Notes under the pieces: model-generated
The model's database searches: none
Seen by the model: the letters and a program-made list of their open reading frames with translations, nothing else
What the model was told of the DNA's origin: nothing
Source: a virus
IMG/VR virus record: IMGVR_UViG_3300043449_002191
Span: 32,001 to 96,000 of that record
Strand: one strand, 5' to 3'
Length of the DNA stretch: 64,000 bases
In this document: positions 18,892 to 29,116 of the stretch, one piece after another
Position numbering within the stretch: position 1 is the first letter of the stretch
Layout: every line of letters begins with the position of its first letter
Position numbers and translations under genes: made by a program

Positions 18892-21114
18892 ATGGACAAG
18901 GTTAAAGCACTCAGACAATATATATCAAATTTTGTAAAAGGTGAAAACGTAGATGCCCTTTTAGGTGCATTAGGGGATTCATTACAATCTTTAGAAGATT
19001 TGTCTATTGCCGTTAACGATCAGCTAACAATTTCAACAGCTTCCGGCGTTTATTTAGATAAAAGATTGTCTGAACTTGGCATCACTAGACCTGCAGAACT
19101 TGGTATGGATGACCTTGCCTTCAGAAAAATGGGTATCCAAATCAATGCTCAAAAGCAAGTAACTGAGGCAATTCATACTGTACTCGGTACATTTTATGGT
19201 GAAGAGACTGTTAGAGCTTTCACTACATCTAGCATTGCTGGACCATACTTTCTGGAAGATGGCGACGACTTAATTTTTGAACTTGAAGACGGCGTACAGC
19301 AAACTATCGTAATCAATGAAGCAGATTTTTTAAACGTACAAGAAGCTACTGCAGAAGAATTAGCTGATGTAATTACTCGATCAATTAGAGCAGTCGGATA
19401 TGACAGCTATGCGCTAGTATATTTAGATATGGATACAGGTTTAAAGTATATTAGATTTTTTGGTGGAGCCAAAGGTCCGTATTCATTTATTAAGATCTTA
19501 GGCGGTAAACTTCAGTCTAAGTTAGAGTTCCCAGATATGCGTGGAACTTTTGTGCCAAATCTTATCAATACTCCAATCATTTGGCAAATCACTAGAACTA
19601 CTGGTTCAACTCACAGATTCAGATGGGTAGGTGGACCACAACCTGCATTGGATAAAGTTTCCCCTGAAGATTCAGTTCTAATCTATGGCCAACAATTGGC
19701 ATCAATCGGTATTGAAGGTACATTTACTGTGACAGGTGTTAGGCCTGCTCAACCGTTTGTTAGTCCTGATGCTGGTTATTTTGAAATAGAACTTGAAGGT
19801 TACGGCGCACTTAAATCTAGCACTCCAGACCTTATTCCACCAACTAATACCCCCACTGACACTTTCAGTATTGATATTAGTCAAGCTTACCATGATGACC
19901 TAAAATTCTTTTTGCCTAAGAAAAATACTCCTTATTCAAATACTAGGTATGCGCTTGCTTGGGAACCAGCTATAAATCTTTTGAGAGTTTATATGCCAGC
20001 TACAACTAAAGTTGTTCGCAGGGAAATCATTGGCGCTGCTCACTTACATTTGCTTTATTTGAATAATGAACTTAATGGCTCTTTCACAGATATTGAGATT
20101 CTTTCTGATAGATCATTCAGATACCCACAAAATGGCTACGATGTTATTGCAAGCGGTGGAACTGTTACGCATGGCTCTAATACCTATGATATAGAGTACA
20201 TTTTCAGGGAAAACTTCATGACTACAGTAGTATTAACCCCTGAGACTACACATAGTCTAACTGGAACGCTAGATGAATTCGGTAGACTAATGTCAACTGA
20301 AGTTGTAAGTATTTCTGTGCCTGATATGCCACAAGATGACTACTCTAATCCTTACAAAGGTCCTTACATCCTAGATCCGGCAGCAGAATATACGCTTACT
20401 GATAAGTTTGTAAAATTGAGAGAAGATGTCATTGGCGGCCAAACTAAAAACACAATTGTAGTAGAAGGCGTATTGCCAAACGAAGCTGGAATACTATTAT
20501 TCTCCTTAAACAAAGACGATCAAGAAGGTCCTGTCAGGTATTTAGCCACACAAACTGCCTCTGATGCTTTACCAAATCCAATCGTAAGTATTTCACAGTT
20601 TGGCACTACTGTAACAGTTACCACAACCACACCACATGGCGCAGCTGTAGGCGAAATGGTCGTAATTGCTGGCACTGCTAATTTCGATGGCTCATGGGAA
20701 GTTACTAGTACTCCTAGTTCAACAGTTTATAAGTTTATTAAAACTCCTGCTGCTACATTGTTTGAAAATACTGGTACATCAACTACTGTTGTCAATGGAG
20801 TTCTAAGCACACTTGTACTAGACCCTAGCTATGTTTTCCAGAATACCCACAGAATAAATGACGATGTTACCCTTATTTCTGATGATAAAGTTTATGAGCC
20901 TAGAGCAGATGGCTCAGACTATGGTCCATATGTTACAGGGACTGCAGAAGGCCAAGCTTTTGCTGAAAAATTGATTAAACAAATCACAGCTCTTGGAATT
21001 AACCTTGAAATAGTCATAGTATATCCAGATGATATCGGCTTAGGAAATGAGGGCGGTTCAGCTTCATTATCCGAACCACCGACTTCTGATAAGCTATTTG
21101 TTTGGGGCGTATAA
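18892..21114 (+). CDS. baseplate wedge-like structural protein
   Basis: The N-terminal 'TISTASGVYLDKR...GITRP...DDLAFR' resembles gpI/gp7-type wedge subunits; follows baseplate J. Confidence 0.65.
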   Translation: MDKVKALRQYISNFVKGENVDALLGALGDSLQSLEDLSIAVNDQLTISTASGVYLDKRLSELGITRPAELGMDDLAFRKMGIQINAQKQVTEAIHTVLGTFYGEETVRAFTTSSIAGPYFLEDGDDLIFELEDGVQQTIVINEADFLNVQEATAEELADVITRSIRAVGYDSYALVYLDMDTGLKYIRFFGGAKGPYSFIKILGGKLQSKLEFPDMRGTFVPNLINTPIIWQITRTTGSTHRFRWVGGPQPALDKVSPEDSVLIYGQQLASIGIEGTFTVTGVRPAQPFVSPDAGYFEIELEGYGALKSSTPDLIPPTNTPTDTFSIDISQAYHDDLKFFLPKKNTPYSNTRYALAWEPAINLLRVYMPATTKVVRREIIGAAHLHLLYLNNELNGSFTDIEILSDRSFRYPQNGYDVIASGGTVTHGSNTYDIEYIFRENFMTTVVLTPETTHSLTGTLDEFGRLMSTEVVSISVPDMPQDDYSNPYKGPYILDPAAEYTLTDKFVKLREDVIGGQTKNTIVVEGVLPNEAGILLFSLNKDDQEGPVRYLATQTASDALPNPIVSISQFGTTVTVTTTTPHGAAVGEMVVIAGTANFDGSWEVTSTPSSTVYKFIKTPAATLFENTGTSTTVVNGVLSTLVLDPSYVFQNTHRINDDVTLISDDKVYEPRADGSDYGPYVTGTAEGQAFAEKLIKQITALGINLEIVIVYPDDIGLGNEGGSASLSEPPTSDKLFVWGV

Positions 21115-21569
21115 TGAGATCAATTGCTTTAACTAGTGCAAGTTTATTGTTAAAAGTAGCTTACGAAGACGGTAAAGAGAAAGTCATCGGGTTCGCCAAA
21201 GGTCTAAGTGTTGCAGTCTCCCAAGGCCATAAAAACACTTTTGTAGTAGATAGCCCGTTTCCAGCTGAAATGGCTCAAGGCACCCAACCGATGATCGTAA
21301 AAGGCTCACTTACCACTTATTTACCTAAAGGTTCTACGCCAGAATCATCAGGTCTAGTTCCATATAGACTAAGCTTGAGGAATGATGAAAATGCCTCAAC
21401 TTCTAAATTTATGCATCTTCGGGTATACGATAGAACGACAGATACCTTAGTTTTTTCTGCCGATTATTGTAAAGTAACGAGCTATAATATAAATATGATG
21501 GCCAGAGGCATAGTCGAGGTCCAGTTCCAATTTGACGGGATGTACCTGACCCCTGGAAATACTGTTTAA
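21114..21569 (+). CDS. tail-tube-like structural protein
   Basis: TAATG-coupled start at 21114; ~150 aa with 'VIGFAKGLSV..SQG....VDSPFPAE...VKGSL', a tube-fold-like pattern. Confidence 0.5.
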   Translation: MRSIALTSASLLLKVAYEDGKEKVIGFAKGLSVAVSQGHKNTFVVDSPFPAEMAQGTQPMIVKGSLTTYLPKGSTPESSGLVPYRLSLRNDENASTSKFMHLRVYDRTTDTLVFSADYCKVTSYNINMMARGIVEVQFQFDGMYLTPGNTV

Positions 21570-21570
21570 A

Positions 21571-21581
21571 CCTAATCTTAT
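21571..21581 (+). promoter_or_regulatory. putative late promoter CCTAATCTTAT
   Basis: Exact motif copy upstream of 21601. Confidence 0.7.
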
Positions 21582-21600
21582 TAGTACAACGGAGTATTAA

Positions 21601-24600
21601 ATGTCAGTCAAAAGACGCTTAAGTTTTTATAGTGGAATGCGTATAGATATCCCACACATAAGATCATTAGAATCTTCTGTGTCACATGACTTTGATATGA
21701 TGGCCAGAGGTTTAATTACAGGCCTAAATAATCCGTATTTAATCAGAGGTTTCAAAATCTCTATCCCTACCGCAGCCGTTAATGCTTCCTCACTTAGTAT
21801 TGAAGTTGCTGACTCCGCACTTTTACATTCTTCCGCAACTGAGTCCGGCACTATCCTTTTGATTGATCCTACAGAGCCATTACAGGTTTTAGATAGCACC
21901 AATACAAAAGTTATTGGTTCATTCCAGCCTAATACAGTTAACTATATCGGCTTGGATTACCGCAGAGTTTCCGACACTACCACGCTTGATCAAACGGCAG
22001 GGTGGTCTGCATCCCAAAATCTAGAATACCAAAGGTCAGTCCCAATCGGGAGAATCTTAGACTACAGATTTGTAGTATCTACTAACGGATTCGGGAAGAA
22101 TCTGCCTTTATATTTAGTAAAAACGACCTCAACTAATGCGGTAGAATGGATATCGAAAGCTTCCCCAAATTTGTTCAGGCTGGGTAGTGGCGGAGCTAAT
22201 CCTGATCCTTATCATTCATTTAATTTTGGTGTAGAGCCACTTTCAGGCGAACGCTCTGAATATTTATCTACTAATCCTAATCATCCAAATCCAGTAACAA
22301 CTGGACCTAATCCAGATTCGAATGTTTTTGAGTATGGCGATTTTGCTATCAAGAATTTGAAAGAGTGGATGGATGCCGTAATGACCAGATTCAAAGAAAT
22401 TGGTAACTCCACTTTCTGGTACAAGTCTAGTCTTTTACCTGATTCGGCTGCAAATACTTCTGATATCTGGAATGATGCCCTTGGTTCAGTTTTAACTGGT
22501 GTTGGTAACTTATCGTACAATCTTATTTTAGAATCTTCATTGCCATCAACTGGTGCCTTTCAGTCAAGAGTTAAATACCCAGATATTTCTGCTGGAGATG
22601 TCTTTGTTAAAGGGTTAACTTCTAGTGCCAAGGCAACTCTATCATCTTACTCTAACGGCAAGCTTGTTGTAAATAGCTTGACTGGCGGCACATTTATCTA
22701 CAATGAAGATCTTAAAACATACAGATCATTGAATCCTGATAAGAATTTGTTTGAAATCATGGATGCTAACTGGAATGGTAGTAAATTTGCCCACATGAGA
22801 ATGCTTGAGCCTACGCCTTCCACTTTAAGCAATATTGTATCTTGGTCATATGAAAATATGACAGATTCTGATGAATTCAGCTTTTCTGTTATTAAAGCTA
22901 TTGTAACTGATGCATCAGCTATGCAAGCTGGTGACCTGATGTTTGTAACTGGGCTATTACTTCCAGACCCTGAATATCATATCGAAAACGTAGTACAGCT
23001 ACAGGAAGTCAATACTTCTACAAATGAAGTTACATTTATTTGGGGTGAGCATTTATACTTAAGTTCAGGTGTCCCCACTGTTGAGTCTGGAAACTCATTA
23101 GGACCAGCATCCCATTCAAGTGTTTACCCTTTTATGCCTAGATTCTTAGTAGATTCTTGGGAACTTGATGGAACTAATGCTAAAATTACCACCAATGGTC
23201 AGCACAATATCAGACCTATCAGAACATATGTCTGTGACACTAACTTAGGCTCAAACATTATCACTACAGTTTCTACAGCAGAGTTGGTTCCTGGTGATGT
23301 CATCGTAGGTGCAGGTATTGCTGATTACTCAGTTGTAGCAACAGTTGATAGTTTGACTCAATTTACTATCAACAAAAATGCTACTGCTACAGCTTCAGGC
23401 GTTACTTTAGAGGCTCGTCACAGAATTTTAGTTTCTGGACTTGAGACTAGCAATAGCGATTTCCCTAAAACATCCTGGTTTGACGCTGATGTTGACTCAG
23501 AAAACTATGTTATTATTGATGTAGGTAGTGCTAGCGGTACACCACAAGTTGCTTCAGGCGCTCACATTAAATCTGTTTTCCATAAGTCTGAGATCTCTGT
23601 TTTTGAGGCAACTCCGTCTGAATACTCAGTTGGCTCCCAAGCATTGTACTTAATGGGTGAGACTGCTGGTGTTTACTACGTAGGTCCAGATACATTACCT
23701 GTACTTAACCAAGCTTCTGGTCCATACTATATGGAAGTTGTGGTAGCTGAATCAATCGTACAAGATCCAGCTAAAGTTTCTACTATTTCTAACGCAGCTT
23801 CTGGTTGGTGGTCTTCTACCTATGCTAATCCTGAGTATATTAAAGTAGAAATAGAGCCTGGGCATTCACATAACTTGTCCACTAGCGGCAGCGGATTTAC
23901 CTCCTCTGTTACAATTTACGGTGATAGCACTAAGTCTGTATTTATTAAATCTTACAGCAACGTAAATATTATTGTTATAGATTCTGAGCATTTTATCATT
24001 CAAGATCAGGCTGTTACTTCAGTTCAAGCCGATTACACTAATTCTGGCTTAGCTGATTCTACTTTCGTGAATTTTGCTGATAACCCATACTCTGGTCCTA
24101 TTGCTTGGGATGCAGACATGGTAATCAAGTCTATTGTAGGCGATAAGCGTGTAGTTATCCCTGCTACTGCAACTTGTTATGATTCTACAGTTGAAAACCA
24201 AAGTTCTGCAGCTAACCAGTTCAATATCAATGGTATCACAGGAACTGCTTACCTACAAGATGGCGAAGTTGCTTACATTATTCTCGATAGAAATAAAGTG
24301 GTCAGTAGCGGAGCTTATTGGTCTGTAAACGAAGCTAGCAATACCATTATCGGCTCTACTTTGGCTTTAGATAAAGATAATTTGCCACTTGAAGAAGGCG
24401 ACTTCGTTAAATTTGAAGATGAAGATGACTCTAAATGGATTAGAATTTCTAGTGTTGGCGCAACTAGCATCAGTATAACTACCGACGATAATCAAACTCC
24501 TACAGCCTTGCAACGTCCAGCTAAGAGCGGCAGACTTGTTTATGCTAAGGGAACTTACAACAAGCTTTATGTTAAGCCTCACCATGCAGTAGAACCATCA

Positions 24601-26397
24601 GCTGATGTTTATTGGCTAGCCGTTCGTCGTGATAACTATGGGTATAAATCTAAAGTTTATTTCCGTGGTCTTGAGCTTACTATCGGGGAAGTCCGTGAGA
24701 TCAGTGCCCCTACATCTAGCAATATCCTATTATACATTGGTGCGGAGTCAGAAGCTTCTGTTAATCCGACTTATACAGCTATCGACAGCTCTGGTGATTA
24801 CAAGTATTCTGAAGACTTCTTGATCACACAGATTGATAATGCTACTAAAATGGTTACATTGAATAACCCAGTTCCGCTTGGACCTCAAGTTCAAGATAGA
24901 ATTGTTAAAATTACTGGTACAACTGAGCAAGTCTGGACAATCAAACATTTAGTGACCTCTAAGACTTTTATTGTAACTGAGGATACAGCCGATCTTTCTG
25001 CTGGAGATGCAGTTAAGTACAGACAAATGAACCAAAACATTCAAGATTCTGACAACCTTACTTTGGCTATCAGAAAAGAAGATCGTAATCTTGGTTCAGT
25101 ACAAACAGCCTTATCTAAGCCTGTTTATGATGAAAGCGTTTATATACAACAGATCATTTTAACTTCAGGTGATAACGTAAAATCTGGCAGCTATATCTAT
25201 CAAGGCCCACAATATAATCCTACTGCTCTTGCATGGGTGTTACATGGAAACCAAACTGGACAAACAGATACAGTTGAGGGAGCAAGCTTAGCACTTCCAG
25301 GCGGACATCCTAGTCTTCCTACCGATGCAGCTTTAATCCATGTTTATTCTGGCACATTTTCTAGCGGAGATGTAGTTTACCAAAATAGTTCTGCTGTAGG
25401 TACAATTACTGGCTCAATTACTGCCCCTGCCCTTTACGGCAACACGACTGCTGGTGGAGTAGAGCTTATTTTACCTCCTAATAGAAGAACAGAAGTCAAA
25501 GGCTCTGGCGGATACGTGACTTTCGGTACTCATTCTTTCTATAAAGCTAGCGAAGAGGAGACTTTAGCTGGCGAAGAATTGATGGTATTTGTTAATGATA
25601 CTGCTCGCCAAGCTGCTGTTGATTACGATGAAACTTTCGGTGGTCCTAAAGCTAAGATCAGACTCAGAAGAACTACCCCTCCAAACACTAGAATGCGTTT
25701 CCGTGTAATGTCATCTTTTGGTAGCGTAGTTGCTGCTAAAGCTGGTGATGTCACTCTGCAATCTGCTTATAACTCAGGTGCCACTATTGGCACATCTGCT
25801 GGAAGACCTGTAACTATTACTTCTAATGATACTGCTTCAGGTGCTGTTGGACAATTGATTAGAGGCTCCCTGCAAATTAACGGCGGTGTCAATCAACTTG
25901 GTGGTATCTATAATGAAACAGGCGCAGGTGATCAGACTTTTGTCGTAGGTAATGAAAACGATAAGCCTAAAGAAGTTTGGTCTGGCTTAGAGGCAGTTAA
26001 AACCCACACTTCGCACCCAGGTTCTGCTTGGATTCGTAAGACTGCAGCTCAGATCGTTATTGGTGACGCTGCTACTGCTATTACTGGCTCAGCTATTACT
26101 CTTGAAGATAATACAACCTACAGAATTAAAATTAGTGCTGTAGGCCGTAGGTCGGATGGAACTTTTGGTGCTGGATCTTTCAGCATCGAAGGTACATTCT
26201 ACAGAAGTCTAGGCGGTTCAGCTCAAGCTGCTGGAATGCCAGTCTCTTACATTATCGGTGCTGATGGCGATGGCCAAAACTGGGCTATTGTTTTCGGTGT
26301 AAGCGGTAACGATGTGACTATGATGGTTTACGGCTCAGCAGGTGCAACAATCCAATGGGTTTGCTCTATTGATTACCAAGCCGTAGCTTCGACTTAA
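21601..26397 (+). CDS. large baseplate/tail fibre structural protein
   Basis: 1598 aa, Ser/Thr/Gly beta-rich, late motif upstream, last gene of the tail module. Confidence 0.65.
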   Translation: MSVKRRLSFYSGMRIDIPHIRSLESSVSHDFDMMARGLITGLNNPYLIRGFKISIPTAAVNASSLSIEVADSALLHSSATESGTILLIDPTEPLQVLDSTNTKVIGSFQPNTVNYIGLDYRRVSDTTTLDQTAGWSASQNLEYQRSVPIGRILDYRFVVSTNGFGKNLPLYLVKTTSTNAVEWISKASPNLFRLGSGGANPDPYHSFNFGVEPLSGERSEYLSTNPNHPNPVTTGPNPDSNVFEYGDFAIKNLKEWMDAVMTRFKEIGNSTFWYKSSLLPDSAANTSDIWNDALGSVLTGVGNLSYNLILESSLPSTGAFQSRVKYPDISAGDVFVKGLTSSAKATLSSYSNGKLVVNSLTGGTFIYNEDLKTYRSLNPDKNLFEIMDANWNGSKFAHMRMLEPTPSTLSNIVSWSYENMTDSDEFSFSVIKAIVTDASAMQAGDLMFVTGLLLPDPEYHIENVVQLQEVNTSTNEVTFIWGEHLYLSSGVPTVESGNSLGPASHSSVYPFMPRFLVDSWELDGTNAKITTNGQHNIRPIRTYVCDTNLGSNIITTVSTAELVPGDVIVGAGIADYSVVATVDSLTQFTINKNATATASGVTLEARHRILVSGLETSNSDFPKTSWFDADVDSENYVIIDVGSASGTPQVASGAHIKSVFHKSEISVFEATPSEYSVGSQALYLMGETAGVYYVGPDTLPVLNQASGPYYMEVVVAESIVQDPAKVSTISNAASGWWSSTYANPEYIKVEIEPGHSHNLSTSGSGFTSSVTIYGDSTKSVFIKSYSNVNIIVIDSEHFIIQDQAVTSVQADYTNSGLADSTFVNFADNPYSGPIAWDADMVIKSIVGDKRVVIPATATCYDSTVENQSSAANQFNINGITGTAYLQDGEVAYIILDRNKVVSSGAYWSVNEASNTIIGSTLALDKDNLPLEEGDFVKFEDEDDSKWIRISSVGATSISITTDDNQTPTALQRPAKSGRLVYAKGTYNKLYVKPHHAVEPSADVYWLAVRRDNYGYKSKVYFRGLELTIGEVREISAPTSSNILLYIGAESEASVNPTYTAIDSSGDYKYSEDFLITQIDNATKMVTLNNPVPLGPQVQDRIVKITGTTEQVWTIKHLVTSKTFIVTEDTADLSAGDAVKYRQMNQNIQDSDNLTLAIRKEDRNLGSVQTALSKPVYDESVYIQQIILTSGDNVKSGSYIYQGPQYNPTALAWVLHGNQTGQTDTVEGASLALPGGHPSLPTDAALIHVYSGTFSSGDVVYQNSSAVGTITGSITAPALYGNTTAGGVELILPPNRRTEVKGSGGYVTFGTHSFYKASEEETLAGEELMVFVNDTARQAAVDYDETFGGPKAKIRLRRTTPPNTRMRFRVMSSFGSVVAAKAGDVTLQSAYNSGATIGTSAGRPVTITSNDTASGAVGQLIRGSLQINGGVNQLGGIYNETGAGDQTFVVGNENDKPKEVWSGLEAVKTHTSHPGSAWIRKTAAQIVIGDAATAITGSAITLEDNTTYRIKISAVGRRSDGTFGAGSFSIEGTFYRSLGGSAQAAGMPVSYIIGADGDGQNWAIVFGVSGNDVTMMVYGSAGATIQWVCSIDYQAVAST

Positions 26398-26993
26398 CGG
26401 GTCATTGATTCGTAAGTTTCTGTAGCCCATACACTTGAGGGCAAGGCAGTTTTCTTATCAAGGTATGTCTGATATGAGAACCAAACTTGAGCCTTGCCCG
26501 TGAACATATTTTCAACCAACCCATCCCAATACTTAGCGTAAATTCTCTGATAATAAGTACTTGATACTAAGTATGAGTATGTTGACATAATCTTTTCAAT
26601 TTCATTGCCTTCAATAAGTACCCCACTATCGTCATGATCAGCATTACGTACACAATGATCTAACTCATGATATATTAAAGTATATTTACCGATCTCCTTA
26701 AATCTATCCCAATAGTCAGTACTGATAGTGACAGTCTTTATAACTTTAGAAGTAGCTGTAATTCCTTCCATAGATCGTTCTTCACCGAGTACACATTGAC
26801 CTAAACGGTTTTCAGGCAACTTACCACTTTTAATTATAAGGTTTTCGGTATCAATACGTTTGCCGTAAGATGCAGCATCAGTGAAGTAAGCCTTAGCGTA
26901 TTTTTTGTACTTTTCTTCCATTTTAGGGTTGAAAGTAACTTCTTTAGAGCAGGCTGAGAGTAAAAGCAATAAAACAACAAATAAAAGTCTCAT
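26394..26993 (-). CDS. lipoprotein, putative zinc metallopeptidase
   Basis: Lipobox LLLSAC; HELDH (HExxH) with a downstream His and Met (IMS). Confidence 0.65.
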   Translation of the reverse strand: MRLLFVVLLLLLSACSKEVTFNPKMEEKYKKYAKAYFTDAASYGKRIDTENLIIKSGKLPENRLGQCVLGEERSMEGITATSKVIKTVTISTDYWDRFKEIGKYTLIYHELDHCVRNADHDDSGVLIEGNEIEKIMSTYSYLVSSTYYQRIYAKYWDGLVENMFTGKAQVWFSYQTYLDKKTALPSSVWATETYESMTR

Positions 26994-27002
26994 AATTACT
27001 CC

Positions 27003-27161
27003 TTACGACAAAATAAAAGTTAAGATTGCAGGTAAAATTACAGTTGAGATAACCATAATTAAGCCCATAGCGAACATGACATTGCCTTGGGGCGTAGAGA
27101 TATAAGTATTGCCGTTTTCGTCCGTGAACACGTAATCTTCGGGTTTACATTCTTTAAACAT
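27003..27161 (-). CDS. small membrane protein (52 aa)
   Basis: Manual ORF MFKECKPEDY...FAMGLIMVISTVILPAILTFILS; GGAGG RBS. Confidence 0.65.
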   Translation of the reverse strand: MFKECKPEDYVFTDENGNTYISTPQGNVMFAMGLIMVISTVILPAILTFILS

Positions 27162-27181
27162 AAAAGCCTCCATACACATAC

Positions 27182-27210
27182 AGATTAACGTGCTTAGAGG
27201 CTATTGTCAA
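27182..27210 (-). promoter_or_regulatory. sigma70-like early promoter
   Basis: TTGACA-17 nt-TAATCT. Confidence 0.65.
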
Positions 27211-27240
27211 TAATAAATATAACAATGTATCGGTTTGATA

Positions 27241-27483
27241 CTATTCTTCGTGGTAATCGGTTCTAAAAGTGGTTTTTACTCTTGTTAAGAGTTCTTTTGA
27301 TTCTAGGTAAAATTCGTCTTTCCATTCAACTTGATAGCTATCTGCTGTTTTTTGAGACACAGGTCTAGTATGAGTCACCATTCTGAGCATGGATAATATT
27401 TGCCCAAATCTTCCATCAGGAAATTTTTCCACTGCTTCAGTCAGGATTTTAAGTAGCTCTCTATTTGCTTCTAACCTAGTCAT
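27241..27483 (-). CDS. hypothetical protein
   Basis: 80-aa ORF in a coupled operon. Confidence 0.65.
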   Translation of the reverse strand: MTRLEANRELLKILTEAVEKFPDGRFGQILSMLRMVTHTRPVSQKTADSYQVEWKDEFYLESKELLTRVKTTFRTDYHEE

Positions 27484-27713
27484 TAAAATCGCCCACTGTT
27501 AAGTTTTAGCAAAGCTTCCATAGTCCTGATTTCTTTCTTGATGGGCTCGTAATACCCTACGAAATAAGGTTTGCTGTTAAAGTAATAATACGGGCCAGGG
27601 ATCTCAACCACATTGATCTTTGCGTACAATGCGTAATAATTTCTAAAACCCAGGTCAGCCAAAAGCTTTTCTCGTACCTCTTCATTGCAAAATATATCGT
27701 AAGGCTTACTCAT
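27483..27713 (-). CDS. hypothetical protein
   Basis: 76-aa ORF in a coupled operon. Confidence 0.6.
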   Translation of the reverse strand: MSKPYDIFCNEEVREKLLADLGFRNYYALYAKINVVEIPGPYYYFNSKPYFVGYYEPIKKEIRTMEALLKLNSGRF

Positions 27714-27714
27714 A

Positions 27715-27939
27715 TTACTGTCCTTGTGTTACTGTATATACAATAAACTGAGAACGACTTTTAGTGTTAGTCTTTTTAAAGATATTAGTCAAATGAAATT
27801 TAACTGTTTTCTCCGAGACATAGAGCTGACTGGCAACTTCCTTGTTAGAAAGCCCAGTTGCAACTAGTTGTGCAACTTCCAATTCACGTCCACTTAGTCC
27901 TGCCGTCCTTAAAAGATCTGTAGCTTTTTGTGTTAGCAT
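27715..27939 (-). CDS. stand-alone LuxR-family HTH regulator
   Basis: LSGRELEVAQLVATGLSNKEVASQLYVSEKTVKFHLTNIFKK is a canonical LuxR/GerE HTH. Confidence 0.92.
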   Translation of the reverse strand: MLTQKATDLLRTAGLSGRELEVAQLVATGLSNKEVASQLYVSEKTVKFHLTNIFKKTNTKSRSQFIVYTVTQGQ

Positions 27940-27990
27940 AATTTCCTCCTATATTAGTATTATACCTCAAAAACTAAACTTTAATCTAGA

Positions 27991-28203
27991 TTAATCACCA
28001 TTTCCATGGATTTCTTCCAAAACTTCATCACCAATTTCTGTAACGCTAATTATTCTTTCGTAAATCGGTGGATACATAAGCTTTTTTACACCGTCACCGA
28101 TTCTTGGTGCATAGCGTTTATCACCAACTGAAACTGTTAAACTCTTAGTATATGCCTCTTGGCCTTCTTGGGTCACTTCTATTGTTATATGATACTTTGC
28201 CAT
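27991..28203 (-). CDS. hypothetical protein
   Basis: Likely start MAKYHITIEV at 28203, just after the ATPase stop. Confidence 0.6.
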   Translation of the reverse strand: MAKYHITIEVTQEGQEAYTKSLTVSVGDKRYAPRIGDGVKKLMYPPIYERIISVTEIGDEVLEEIHGNGD

Positions 28204-28204
28204 A

Positions 28205-29116
28205 TTATCTACGCCTTCTGCCAATCTTTTTGTATGAAAAGTTGTTACCATTATAGTCGTCGTCATCTTTAGGTGGAGCTTCAACTCTAGTATTCAAAAG
28301 GCGTTCGATAGTTTCCTCTAAATCTTCGTTTAAAATAAACACGGCCTGGATAATTTCCTTTAATTCATCTACAGTCAAGCCTTCGGTGCGGTCTGACCAT
28401 AAGTCCAAATCCTTGAATTTTTCGCCAAGTTTTTGTTTGAAATAGCTATACCTAACATCTCTTGATGGATAAGTGACACATACCACTGAGGACATACGTC
28501 CAGGTCTCACTAAGCGTTTGGGGATTTCTTCAAAATAGTTAGTAGTAGCTAAAAAGATCACGTTATTGCGTTGTATTTGGCCATCTAGCAACAACAGTAA
28601 ATCTTCCTCATCTTCTTGCGCCAATCTGTCAAACTCTTCGAAAACCACTACCAGCAATTGGTCTGGCTGACTTTGATTCAAGTGTTCATACGCTTTCTTT
28701 AAAGCAGAGATATTATCCACAAATAAGCAGATGGCCTTATTTTTAGTTACGGCGTGTTCAACAATCCTATTTACTAGAATAGTCTTACCTGAGCCTGGAG
28801 GTCCATACAAAAGAACCCCACGTTTATATAGGAAATCTAAATCATCAAACTTTTTTCTTGTCTCATCTGACATAAAGAGTTCCATTTGATTGATAATAGT
28901 CATGTACTCTTTTGAGGGAAGGGATAGGATTTTATCGTTTTTAAAAGTAACTTCATCAAAAAGAAGGATGTCCTTCATTCCGTCATAAAAAAGTTTATAA
29001 ATACCGGAAGCAAGAGTATCTGTAGCAATAGCTGGCGATGTTTCTACGATAACTTTGGAGCCAATTTTAATGTAAGATAGTTTAGTTTTCACTTTTCTTC
29101 TCCAATTCTTCCACAC
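28205..29116 (-). CDS. AAA+ ATPase
   Basis: RGVLLYGPPGSGKT Walker A, VVVFEEFD Walker B, ATTN sensor 1 and RPGR arginine finger; the true start may be slightly downstream. Confidence 0.9.
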   Translation of the reverse strand: MWKNWRRKVKTKLSYIKIGSKVIVETSPAIATDTLASGIYKLFYDGMKDILLFDEVTFKNDKILSLPSKEYMTIINQMELFMSDETRKKFDDLDFLYKRGVLLYGPPGSGKTILVNRIVEHAVTKNKAICLFVDNISALKKAYEHLNQSQPDQLLVVVFEEFDRLAQEDEEDLLLLLDGQIQRNNVIFLATTNYFEEIPKRLVRPGRMSSVVCVTYPSRDVRYSYFKQKLGEKFKDLDLWSDRTEGLTVDELKEIIQAVFILNEDLEETIERLLNTRVEAPPKDDDDYNGNNFSYKKIGRRRR

